DNA of 64,000 bases from Azolla caroliniana (taxonomy: Eukaryota > Plantae > Polypodiophyta), in the NCBI GenBank assembly GCA_043228905.1, contig JBHGNT010000016.1, positions 16,368,001 through 16,432,000 on the forward strand. The letters are read 5' to 3'. The translations under genes were made by a program, and so were the position numbers. The notes beneath the pieces were generated by a model that was not told where the DNA came from, made no database searches, and worked only from the letters and a program-made list of their open reading frames with translations. This document shows positions 51,448-63,076 of this stretch, in pieces; positions within the stretch are counted from its first letter, which is position 1; the number at the start of each line of letters is the position of its first letter.

Positions 51448-52360
51448 AGAAAACCGTCCCTTAGCGTAATCGGTGCATAGCGTGTGTGAACTGGCTCTTC
51501 ACGCGTGCGCGCCCTTTAATGTATATAATAGAGAATTAGGTACAAAGGTATATCCTAGGTAGTTAGATTCCGTAGGTAGGAAGTTAATGAGGGAAACGGC
51601 TCCCTTCTTGAAGCTATAAAAGAGAGGGAGACGCGGGGAGAAGGGGGAGATATATATTATTATTGAGGAGGACGAAGTGCTGTCGGACGGAAACCGAACG
51701 CTTCTACTCCGTTCGTTCTCCATCGCTCTTCTGTGCAGGTTTTTGGGAGGCTCGCGCTGCTTCGAGGAACGCCCGTGTGCTTCCGGCGGCACCTCCATCC
51801 TATCCCCTTTCGTGCGCAGACGTGCAGGCATCGGCATCTGTTCGCCGGCCTGTTCGGTTGTAACCGCTCGCGTGCTCTGTTGTTTATTTGTCATTCATTA
51901 ATATACAAATATTCGTGTCTCTCTGTCTCTGTGTCTGTTACCGGCCGGCAAGGAGTCCAAAATACGGAGTGAAGGAATTAATTAAGTATGGTTGTAAATA
52001 AGCATAGTATGGACGGACGGACTGGAAACGGTATGCCGTTCCAGATCCGGACGGATCCCGAATAGGTGCGATAGGCACCGTTTTGTACTACGGACCGGAA
52101 ACCTATTTAAAGGGCCGGAGCCCATTGTAATCGCAGCGGATAATTAATAGAGCGTATGGTGTTTATACTTCTGTGTTGATTTCCGTTCTGTACTTACTGT
52201 TATATCTTACGCGTGTAATTAACAAAAGCGCTCTAATCGTGTAACCTACTTAGGTCGGTGTAATCGTTGAGTCATAATCCTATGCCATAATGACCCTTTG
52301 GTGAAGTGTCTCCGTGACACCTTGTGTTAGGCCTTGTCCGGTCAGAGAACAACACAGTTT

Positions 52361-52373
52361 TGGCGACCACGAT
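52361..52373 (+). promoter_or_regulatory. Primer-binding site, probably tRNA-Arg
   Basis: TGGCGACCACGAT 6 nt after the 5' LTR; complementary to a tRNA 3' end ..GUGGUCGCCA. Confidence 0.7.
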
Positions 52374-52407
52374 TCCTTCTTTCTCGCAGCGAACGACGGC
52401 TTAATGG

Positions 52408-55400
52408 ATGACGAGACCAACGCACGACCTGGTTACAGACCGAGCTCGACGCCTCGCCGAACGGCAAAGACGGCGTGAGACTTTCCAGCAAGCAGCGCAC
52501 GAAATTCGCTCGAATCGTTCGTTCTCCAACGAGATCCGGAGAGTCGCGGAGGAATCTCTTCGGTTACAGCAAACTCGTGACCAGGACGACGGAAGCGGTC
52601 TAAGTAGTCTCCGGGAAACCGAACGCCTCCTCGAGGCGCTGGCAAGCGGAGAAAACGAGGCAGAAGCCTTTTCAGCCTACGAATCGGATTCCGAAGGGGG
52701 ATACAGCGTGCACACGAACTACCGGAGCAGCAACGATACCCCCGGCGGCCCGGAGGACGACGGGTCGGATACCGTGCCGACTCCAGAACCGGAACCGTTC
52801 GACCAGGGCTATCCGGAACCGCAAACGGAAGCCGTCAACCCACTAACACCGGAAGTGGAAGAAGCAAAGCCACCGACACCAACGAAAGAGCCGGCGAAGG
52901 TACCGGAAGAAGAGCCGGTGAAGGAACCGGAAAAAGAACCGGAAGAGGAACCAGAAAAAGCACCGGCAAAAGAACCGGAAGTGGAACCGGAGAGAAAACC
53001 GGAAAGATATCAACAAACGCCACTAAACCGCGGCCTAATACTGGATGACGACATGCCGTTCCAATACTCAAAGTATCGCGATGATCCGGACGCGGAAGCG
53101 CATGTTCATGCCTTCGAGCAGACATGGGAAGCAAATCACGCGTCCCAGCGATTGACACCGGAGGAAGAAGAACGCTCGAAGATAGCGGAATTCGGGGTCA
53201 CGTTGGAAGGACCAGCGGCACGATGGCAGCGGACGCAGGACCCGGCGACCATCACAACCTTTGCAGAATTAAAAGCAAAATTCTTGCATTTTTTCCACAA
53301 GGAGGTCGACCAGACGATAATGGTGGGCCTGTTTTATACGATCCAACAGGAGGCAGGGGAAAGCATTCCCCAATTCGTCATCCGTTTCCAACGAATGCAT
53401 AGCCAGCTTGCCCGTGCACCCCCGGAGGAGGAATTACGGACGATATTTTTAAACGCACTCCGGGAACCGTTACGCACGGTGTGTACGGTGATCGACTTTC
53501 GAGGAAGCACCATTGACCAGGTCATTGACCGGGTCAGAGAAATGGAAAAGTCAAGCTCATGGCTTACACTGGGAGCATTGCAACGGGCGTTACCCACAGA
53601 TGAAGATCTCTGGTTCCGGCAGGCAATTCAATGCACAATCTGCTTGAATGCCGGACACTCGGCAGTGGAGTGCACCATGCGAACCCAGTGTGTGATTTGT
53701 CAATCCAAGAGTCATACAACGGACCGGTGCGAGTATAACCTGCTAAACCGACAAGCACCACCCGTCCGACGGATCGAGCCAAGAAGCAGCCGAGACGAAG
53801 ATGAAGATCGTTGGCAAAGAATGAACCGGTACCGACCGGCACAGGATGTCCGGTACGGAGACAGACAAGAGAATGATGGCCGGTACGGGGATCGGCACAG
53901 GATGTCCGGTACGGAGACAGACAAGAGAATGATGGCCGGTACGGGGATCGGCATGATAACTACGACCGGTATGAGCGATCAGACCGTTATCGGGAGTCCA
54001 ACAGACGACACGAGCAATACGACAGAGACCATTCCCCTGGTTACCGAAGGCACCAGGAGGACTACGGCCGATTTTACGATCCACCACGACAGGACTACCG
54101 AAATAAAAATAAGAATAATAAGAAACGTAATTTCAAGAAAGGTGGTCACACTAGGGACCCGGAACATGGAACCCCAAGGAGCCAACCGGCACAGAACGCA
54201 CCACTCACTACGGGACCGACTCCGGCTACCAGCAATGCTGAATCCAACAATACCCGTAAAGAGTACTGCTACTACTGCAGGCAGGAAGGCCACTACAGTA
54301 ACCAGTGCCCGGCAAAGAGCTACGATAAACGACCAGCAGTTAATATGGTGGTTCCGGAAGTGGCGGATGTACAGCAAGTAACCACACGGTCGAAAGGCAT
54401 GGCCAAAGAGTGGGAAACACAAGAGGCCATACGAAAACAGGCGACAGAATGGGTGAAGGAAGCCAATGAAAGGAACGTCGCGGACGCGGAACAGCAAAAG
54501 GCGAATACCATAGGGAGTGCCGGCGGTAGCCACGCAGAAAACGAGACATGGCAAGCACTGCAAGAATGTCAGATCACGTTGCCATTAGGAAGACTCTTGC
54601 AGCTCGTGCCGCGATTTACGGAAGGACTAAAAACGGTCATGACAGACGGTATAGCCCCACCGGCACCAGTCCTCTTCTCGAATCCGGAGGAGGGACCGAC
54701 GGTGGTGGACACTAGTAGTCCGGTGATTACAGCTATTGTCAAAGGGCACGAACTTCCCGGCACAGTAATCGATGGAGGTTCCGGGGTGAACGTAATAAGC
54801 CTCCGCACGTGTGATGCCTTGGGTATACATGAATGGGAGCCATGTCCGTTCTGGCTACGGATGGCGGATGCGAGCTCTGTACGGCCGACGGGCTTAATAC
54901 GGAAATTGGAAGTCACCATAGGAGGTCACACATTTCACATCTCGGCTGTAGTGCTGCAGCTACAGGCGCAAGGTGCGTACCCACTGTTGCTGGGCAGACC
55001 ATGGTTGAAAACAGCACACATCAAGCAAAATTGGCGGAAAAATATGATTACCTTCCGGCGCGGAAAAGCCAAGGTCCGGGTACCGACACAACCACGGACG
55101 AGCAACGGTAAGGAATGCACACCGCTGTATGCGGAATGCGTGAACATGCTTGAAGGGTTGGCAGATGACGAAGAAGCCCAGTACTTGGAGGAACACCCGA
55201 AGATCGTACCACTCTTCGAGATTGACGTAGCTGAAGCCGTAGCGCCATACTTGCCGCAACGGGACGAAACCGAAGCCGAACCAGACAAATATTCGATTCG
55301 GGAATTACGGCAAGCACAGGAAGCGTTGGAACGGGAAATGGCCGTTTCCCAACGGGTAAAAACATCCCAGCTCGACGAAGTGAACCTAGGAAGCAAGGAC

Positions 55401-58334
55401 GAATCAAAGCCGGTACACATCGCCAAAGAAATGAAGCCGGAAGATAAAGCGGCGATGATCAAACTTCTCACGGAGTTTCGCGACGTATTCGCCTGGTCAT
55501 ACGAAGACATGCGAGGCCTGGACCCTCAATTATATCAGCATCAGATCCACTTAGGCAAGGACGCGAAACCAGTGGCGCAAAGACGTTACCGAATGAACCC
55601 CAACTACGCCGCCAAAGTGAAGGAGGAAATCGACAAACTCCTAAGAGTGGGCTTCATCCGGCCGGTAAAGAAAGCGACGTGGCTGAGCCCCATCGTCGTC
55701 GTCCCAAAGAAGAACGGTAAAATCCGCGTGTGTGTAGATTACAGGAAACTAAATGCAGCCACAATTACGGATGCATTCCCTCTTCCGTTCACGGATGGAG
55801 TACTGGATGCCGTCGCCGGCCATGAAGTTTATAGCTTTTTAGACGGGTTCAGCGGATACAATCAAATCCGGATGCACCCTGGCGACCAGGAGAAGACAAC
55901 GTTCGTCACCGAATGGGGGGTGTTTGTGGCCGTAGTAATGATGTTCGGACTAAAAACGGCACCAGCAACTTTCCAGCGAATCATCATGGAGATCTTCGGC
56001 GAATACATTCCAGCCTTCATGCAGGTTTTCCTGGATGACTTTGCAGTCTATAGCCGGGAAAAAGACCATTTGCAGCACCTACGGTTATGCCTTGAAAAGT
56101 GTAGGTTATACCGGCTAAGCTTAAACCCAGCAAAATGCATCTTTGGGGTTTCAAGTGGAATATTAATGGGACACATTGTAAGTAAGGAGGGCATTGCGGT
56201 CGACCCGGACAAAGTAAACGCGATACTAGGGGCACCGGCGCCGAAAACGGCCAAAGCACTAAGCCGATTCTTAGGACAGATCCGGTGGCACAGTCGGATG
56301 CTCCGTCACTTGGCTGACTTGGCTACACCATTACACACCGCGGTACATCGGACACTGTTCCAATGGACGGATACGGAGGATAAGGCATACAATGCCCTGA
56401 AGGTACTTTTTTCGCAAGCACCCGTCGTGCAGCCTCCGGATTGGAGCAAGGAATTTCATGTGTTCGTTGACGCTTCCGACATCGCTATCGGCAGCGCCTT
56501 AATGCAACTTACGGAGCCTAAATGGTACCGGCCGGTATATTACGCCAACCGGAAGCTGTCCCAAGCGGAGAAGAACTATTCGACGACGGAACGGGAGGCC
56601 CTGGGCATGATCTACAGTGTAACAAAGTTTCGTCATTACCTATTGGGAAGGAAGTTCTCCTTTCATGTGGATCACTCGGCGCTCTTGTACTTAGTGTCCA
56701 AGGCATCCCTGACCGGTAAATTGGCCCGTTGGACCTTGCTGTTGCAGGAGTTCGAATTCGAGATCTTCCACCGGCCCGGTATCCAGCATGCCGTAGCAGA
56801 CTACCTGAGCCGGTTAGAGTCTGGAGAATCAGACGACGGAGTATCGGATGAATTCCCGGACGCAGAGTTATTCCGTATCACCCCGGAAACGGCAGCGGAC
56901 GACACGGTGGCATCAGAAGATAGGTGGCTGACAAACATGCACCAGTTCCTAAGCATGGGCCTGCCACCGGAGGAAATGAACCGGGACGAGAGGAAACGAC
57001 TGGCGGTGCAGAGCCGCAATTTCTGTCTGTTACGGGGCACTCTCTACCACAAGGGAGCAGATGGAATATGGAGATGGGCAGTCCGTAGTGACGAGAAACA
57101 AGTAATCTTACGGGAAGCACACTGTGGGGTTGCCGGAGGACACTATGCCGGGGAAGCGACGGCAAGGAAAGTATGGCAGAGCGGCTTATGGTGGCCCACG
57201 ACGTTAAAAGACGTCGTCAAGTATGCTAAGGAATGTGACCTATGCCAACGAATGGGCCAGCCTACGGAGCAAGCACGGATGCCACACCAACCGGTACTTC
57301 CACTAGAGCCATTCCAGAAGTGGGGGTTGGATTTTGTCGGACCGTTCAAGGCACCGGCAATGAGAACGGGTAATCGTTATGTCATCATGGCAACAGATTA
57401 TTGCACTAAATGGGTGGAGGCTAAGGCCTTGAGAGACAACACCGCGTCATCCACAGCAAAATTCTTGTACGAAAACATTTGGTGCCGATATGGATGTCCG
57501 ATTGAATTAATCAGCGACCAAGGAGGGCACTTCCTCGGCCAGGTAGTTGAAAGCTTAACAACGTTCTATGCCGTGGTCCATAAACGGAGCACACCGTACT
57601 ACCCACAAGCAAACGGGTTAGCAGAGTCAACCAACAAAACGCTCCAGAACATTCTCCGCAAAATCGTCAATGAAAACCGGACGGACTGGGATACAAAGCT
57701 CCATAGCGCGCTATGGGCGTACCGAACGGCATACAAAACAAGTATCCGGACAACGCCGTTCCGGTTAGCGTTCGGCTTAGAGGCGGTCATGCCGGTGGAA
57801 TTTCAGGTACCAAGCTTACGGATCCAACTACGGGAACGGCTGAATGAAAAGGAGTCGGAGGAAATGCGGCTAGCAGCACTATGCGAACTGGAGGAGCAAC
57901 GGCTGGCCAGCATCCTACACATGGAACTGGAGCAACGACGACGGAAAGCGTTCGTTGACCGTCACCGGAAAGGTAATGAAAAGATGTTCGAAATCGGAAA
58001 GCCGGTGCTAGTATTCCAAACGAGGATGGCCAAGATGCCGGGTAAACTCCGGTTTAGATGGACAGGCCCGTATTGGCTGACACGGGAATACAACGGGTCC
58101 TATCAGTTAGGGACACTTGCCGGTGAAGTGCTAGGCAAGTGGGTCAACGGATTTAGACTAAAGCCCTATAAAGGACCGATGCCAAATAACCCGTTTATGC
58201 AGCCCACCGGCACTATACCGGGAACGGTACTGATGGAAGAAAAAGACGATGGGGAACCCGTAGCAGAGGCGAAGGAAGACACGGCAACCTGTAAGGAAAA
58301 CGGTAAGGGTCCAAAGGGACCTACGGATGTGTAA
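52408..58334 (+). CDS. gag-pol: Family A gag-pol polyprotein, originally one ~1956-aa ORF, now frameshifted in gag; pol part (54345-58334) is uninterrupted
   Basis: Removing one 56-bp repeat unit joins 52408 to 54345 in frame; three CCHC knuckles, VIDGGSGVN protease, FLDD RT, VDASD RNase H, HHCC/DDE integrase and GPY motif. Confidence 0.93.
53837..53953. repeat. Exact 56-bp tandem duplication causing the gag frameshift
   Basis: CGGCACAGGATGTCC...GGGGAT at 53837 and 53893, with 5-bp CGGCA microhomology. Confidence 0.95.
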
Positions 58335-58350
58335 GATCACATACCGTCAT

Positions 58351-58387
<37 letters not shown>

Positions 58388-58714
58388 TCATTAAAAATCG
58401 AGGTATGAACGGACGTGAAAGCAAGGAGCGAAAAGGTACGTAGTGGGCATTTAAGAGCCGCCACATTACTTAATACTAAATTGGTACACGACGTGCGCAT
58501 GCTCGAAAAAGGCGCCAAGACGCACAGAGAAAAAGCAGAACGCATGGAGACCTTTTCATTTCGCGAGCCAAGAAGCATAGAAGCACCAAGGCGGTTGAAG
58601 CTTAGCAAACGCGAACCTGCACTCAGAGAACCCCCACATTCGGAACTCTCTCTCTCTCGCTCTCACTCTCATCACCACTCTACCTCGCCATCTTTCCTCG
58701 ACCTCGAAGCAGAC

Positions 58715-61384
58715 ATGGACCCACAAACGCTGTCGGAAGCGGCCAGGAAATGGCTCAGGCAACACGGACTGGATGGGTTCTTGACCATCATGGAGGCACC
58801 ACCGCACAAAGAAGCCGACCGGGTCATCAAGGAGCTCGACACAAAAGTCATCACCGAGGAAGCGATCCGTGCGCTAACAGGCCTTCCGGAGGGAGGTATT
58901 TTTCAGATCGATAACCCAACCTCGGAGCAACTCATCCGATATTTTGGTGAGTACTCTCTAGCCGGCAAAGGCTATCGAACGCAGGGCGGCGAAGATCCGC
59001 TATTCAGGGAGATAGCTCGAGTGCTCCATGAGTACGGCCACGTGTACCCCCGACCCCCTGTCATGCCAAAAAATCGGGCAGGGATGATCATAGCCACCTA
59101 TGAAGGGATCAAGGTGGATTGGCCGGTGTTGATTGCAGACGGTTTGTGCGTGGCAATCGACACGGTACGAGGAAAGGACGGCAAGGAGGGCCGGAAGCTG
59201 TGGCATGCCGTAGCTCAGTAGATAACATTGCTCGCGCAGCCGGTCGAGACCGTCCAGCCAAAGAAGCGGCCAAGATTATCGGAAGGAAGCACCTCGAAAC
59301 CCGCGTCCAAACAACAACAGCTGCTGGCGTCGAAGGCGACGAAAGGGAAGAAACGGCTCCCAGAACCGGAGGAGGTGTCACCAGTCCGACCCGTTAAGAT
59401 AACCATACGGCGACCGGGACAGAAGGAACCGGAACCCTTGACGGCACAGATACATGCCGTTACCCAGGAAGAGGAAACGGAGGAGCTAGTAGAGCACCTC
59501 CAACGACGGTCAAGAAGTAGGACCGCCGGGACAACGGGGGAGCGTTCGGACCCGCAAAAGGAAGAAACGCCCCCAACTCAACCTGAGCAAACCACAAGGG
59601 AGGAACCGGAACCGGTGCATATAGAACCGGCCTTGTCGACTTCTATACAAGAAGTCATTCCAACGGCTCCGGAGACGGCGAGAACCGGAACTCAACAGCC
59701 GGCGAGCCCAGCCAGCACACACAGCGGCCAAGGAGTAGAACCAGAACGGCAGATACAGGCACTCAGGCCAGACAATTCCACAGTGAACGAGCCGACCCGA
59801 CCAGTACAGCAGCAAGGCACCAGTAGCATGTGGCTACGGTGGGTAGGCGAGCAGATCGCCGAAGCGGTCGAGTACATAGAGGCGGAGGAGAGAGCGCACC
59901 ACGAACGGTTGCTCGTCACAACCGTAGATCTAGAGACGGCCCGGTCCAGAATCCGGAGCCTTGAACAAGACTTGGACAGGGTCACAAGGGAAATGGCTCA
60001 ATTGGCTTTGACAACACAAGTCCAAGCACCGGTGACTCCGGGCAATGTACAGAATAAAGCGTCAGATCAACCTGTACATAGCAATCAGACCCCGGCAACG
60101 GAAACCGTTCCGGAGAGAAATGCGGCACAAGCCCAAGAGCTTGCGGACTTAAAGGATGAGCTAGCTGCCCAAGAAGCGCTGAGGAGCCGCGAAAGAGAGT
60201 TGAAGACGGCAGCGGAGGCAGAACTCAAAAAGACTGCTGAGAATCTACGCTGGGCCGAGGAGAGCTTACGAAAAGGCCACCAAGCGTACGACCGGCTCAA
60301 GGAGGAGAAGGAGAAAATGCTGCAAGAGAAGGACAGGCTCCGGAGAAACGCCGAAACAGAAGTAGAGCGCCTGAAAGAGGAACTCCGGCAGCTAAAGGAC
60401 CAGGAGGACCGGAACCATCGCCAGATCAACGGCAAGCTCAAACAAAAAACGGAGGAATTTGAGCACTTGCACCGGGAGTATAAACGGTTGCAAACGGAGC
60501 ACAAGGAACGGACGGATGAGCTCCGGCAAGCAGTTGATCGGACCACAACGGCATACGCTAATGAACAAGCGGAAACCAGAAGACGGTTGGAAGAGGCGGA
60601 GAAGGTTCGGACAGAGCTCCTCAGGCAACAGCAGGCGGAAAGAGAAAGAGCGGTGGAGGTACTGCAGAAGCTGCAAACAACATATCAAGGGCAGCTGACG
60701 CGCTACAGAGAGCAGGCGGAGGATACGGCTAATCTCATCAAGGAGTTGAAGGAGGAACGACAAGTTGTGGAAAGTAGAGCGCAAATGGGAGCAAGTCGCA
60801 TCCAGGATATCATGCAGGCCTGGTTGAACCAAACCAAGAGCTTGATTGACAACGGTTCCGTCAAATGGTGGACCAAGTGGGCCCCGAACGCGGCGGAACT
60901 CCAATTGCTCCGGGCCGACGTAGAGAACCGGCGGAAGGAGGGAGATGATTGCTATATGCTGACTTCCGAAGACTTCACCGGCATAAGAGATGAGCTGGCC
61001 GAAGACTTTCAAGCCTTGGCAGAGGACCAACTAGGGCAAGTCCGGCAACTTGTAGCTCAGCTGGACGACGACAGGCTGGAGGCACAGATCCAGTTTGAAA
61101 GCTACGAGAGGTCCCGGATCCGGGAAGAGAAAGCACGAGAACCAGTAACGGTCAACCTCAGTGATGAGGAACCGTTATTGGAAGGAGACCGAACCGGAAG
61201 CAGTCAAACGGGGATGCCGGAGTCAGAGAAACAAACGGAGCAGCCGCCTATAGAGCAGCCGGAGCAGTCTCAGTCCCAACCGCAACCACAGCAGCAGCAA
61301 CAAGCACAGCCGCAACAACCACAACCGGAAGAACAATTGGAAACTCTGGAACAAAGTATTTTGGACAATTTGGGTGAACAATGA
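58715..61384 (+). CDS. Family A extra ORF3 (~889 codons, one TAG at 59219-59221), unknown function: N-terminal globular domain, P/E/T linker, long coiled coil, Q/P tail
   Basis: ORFs 58415-59221 and 59228-61384 share a frame; the stop corresponds to TGG/TGT in the other copies; the start MDPQTLSEAARKWL has a counterpart in copy 1. Confidence 0.85.
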
Positions 61385-62189
61385 AGGGGCCGAGAAGGGT
61401 TCGACGTACAAGGTACTGTCCCACGGGCGTGCCATGTGTTACCGGCCGGCAAGGAGTCCAAAATACGGAGTGAAGGAATTAATTAAGTATGGTTGTAAAT
61501 AAGCATAGTATGGACGGACGGACTGGAAACGGTATGCCGTTCCAGATCCGGACGGATCCCGAATAGGTGCGATAGGCACCGTTTTGTACTACGGACCGGA
61601 AACCTATTTAAAGGCCCGGAGCCCATTGTAATTGCAGCGGATAATTAATAGAGCGTATGGTGTTTATACTTCTGTGTTGATTTCCGTTATGTACTTACTA
61701 TTATATCTTACGCCTGTAATTAACAAAAGCGCTCTAATCGTGTAACCTACTTAGGTCGGTGTAATCGTTGAGTCATAATCCTATGCCGTAATCACCCTTT
61801 GGTGAAGTGTCTCCGTGACACCTTGTGTTAGGCCTTGTCCGGTCAGAGAACAACAGTGTCCATTCGTGTCTTCTGTGTTGACAGGGCCGTGTCCCTGTGT
61901 TTCTTTGCTCATACGTAACCGAGCGTCTCTCTCTTTCTCTTTCCCCTTCTATTACCTGCTCTTTGGTTCAAGACCCCGGTGGTTCCGCCTCGTTTCCCCA
62001 CGCATGCGCGTAGTAACGCGACAACGGAACACAAGAAGAAATTGAGAGAGAACAGAAATGAAAGTAGACAAGATATATCCTAGAAAACTCCAAATAGGGT
62101 AAAAACGCACGGGTGCCCACAGACACCAAACAAAATAACTATAAGAGAGATATACAAAGCAACTAACACATACGCACCAACTTGAGTTC

Positions 62190-63076
62190 GTATACCCGTA
62201 TCTCTCTCTCTCTCTCTTTGTCTCTCCCGCGTAGTGTGTGTGTCCAAGCTCTGCATTAAACCTGTGTTTTCCTACGATCTGTTTTTTGTTGCTTCCACAC
62301 GTTGTCTTTTGACGTGGTATCAGAGCGCGAGGGTTGAGAACTTCTGCAGCTGACTTAGCTCAAGGAGAAAACCTAACCTTCATAAAGAACAGGAAAAACA
62401 AAATGGATAGAGGCATGGCTAGCTCGCTTCCGACCAAGAAGCTCAAGAGAAACAACCACGCGTCTTGGTCGTACAAGATGCACCAGTACCTGCTCGGGCA
62501 TGGATACTGGAGCTATGTCGACGGAGCAAATGACACAACACCCGATTCGACACACAAAGACTTCCTGACTTGGGAATAGTCCGTGAGTAGAGTTCTCTAT
62601 TGCTTTGTGTCTTGTGTGGGCGAACAACTTTTGAGCTATATTCGGGATGTGAAAATGCCGAAGGATGCTTGGGGAAATCTCAAAAAGATTTTCGCCACAA
62701 GCACCATAGCCAGAAAACTCTGACTCCGACAAGAGCTGAGAAACTTAGAACAACACAACTTGTCGGTGGCTGATTACACCTCAAAGATCGAAGATATATG
62801 CAACTCCTTAGCCTCCATCGATGTGAACATCAATGAAGGAGAGATGGTGCAAATCTGTCTCGGGGGATTGGTGTCGAAGTTCGGAGCGTTCCGAACAGTT
62901 GTGGGGAGAATACGCCGTTGTTTTTCTACCTACAATCAATGTTCCTTATAGAGGAAAACCACGCAGGTGCGCCGACGAGTACGCATGCCAATAGGAAGAT
63001 GTTATACACGGAGGGAAATAGGCTCCGTGGTCGTGGCAGACCAGGCGAGTCGGTGCGCAATGGAGGTGGTCGATGG
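62190..63076 (+). mobile_element. Copia family D 5' remnant: LTR end, PBS (62315-62326) and decayed gag
   Basis: TGGTATCAGAGC; MDRGMASSLPTKKL..WSYKMHQYLLGHGYW matches gag at 31684. Confidence 0.9.

Larger units (their letters stand above)
51936..61855 (+). mobile_element. Full-length Athila-like Ty3/gypsy element (family A), 9920 bp
   Basis: 419-bp LTRs 51936-52354 and 61437-61855 (TGTT..AACA, ~7 substitutions); perfect TSD GTGTC at 51931-51935 and 61856-61860; PBS; no chromodomain or additional RNase H seen. Confidence 0.97.
45098..62023 (+). mobile_element. Ty3/gypsy family B element (fungal-like lineage); 3' LTR split by a family A insertion
   Basis: 5' LTR 45098-45748 (end and PBS missing); 3' LTR 51440-51935 plus 61861-62023; termini TGTCG..CGACA; flanks ACAG/ACGG; PPT 51427-51439; LTRs ~4% diverged. 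Confidence 0.92.

Noticed and set aside
52880-53005. Periodic GAACCGGAA repeats resembling an array
   Set aside because: Coding low-complexity EPEK repeats in gag; no unique spacers, so not CRISPR-like
53893-54381. Apparent programmed gag/pol frameshift in family A
   Set aside because: Fully explained by the 56-bp duplication
58355-58381. Long poly(A) run as a possible LINE/SINE or retrocopy tail
   Set aside because: No TSD or upstream retroposed body; A-rich tracts occupy the same position in all three family A copies
58415-58714. N-terminal extension of ORF3 in the ORF track
   Set aside because: Starts at a non-ATG codon and is not conserved as protein in the other copies; ATG 58715 has a counterpart at 3408
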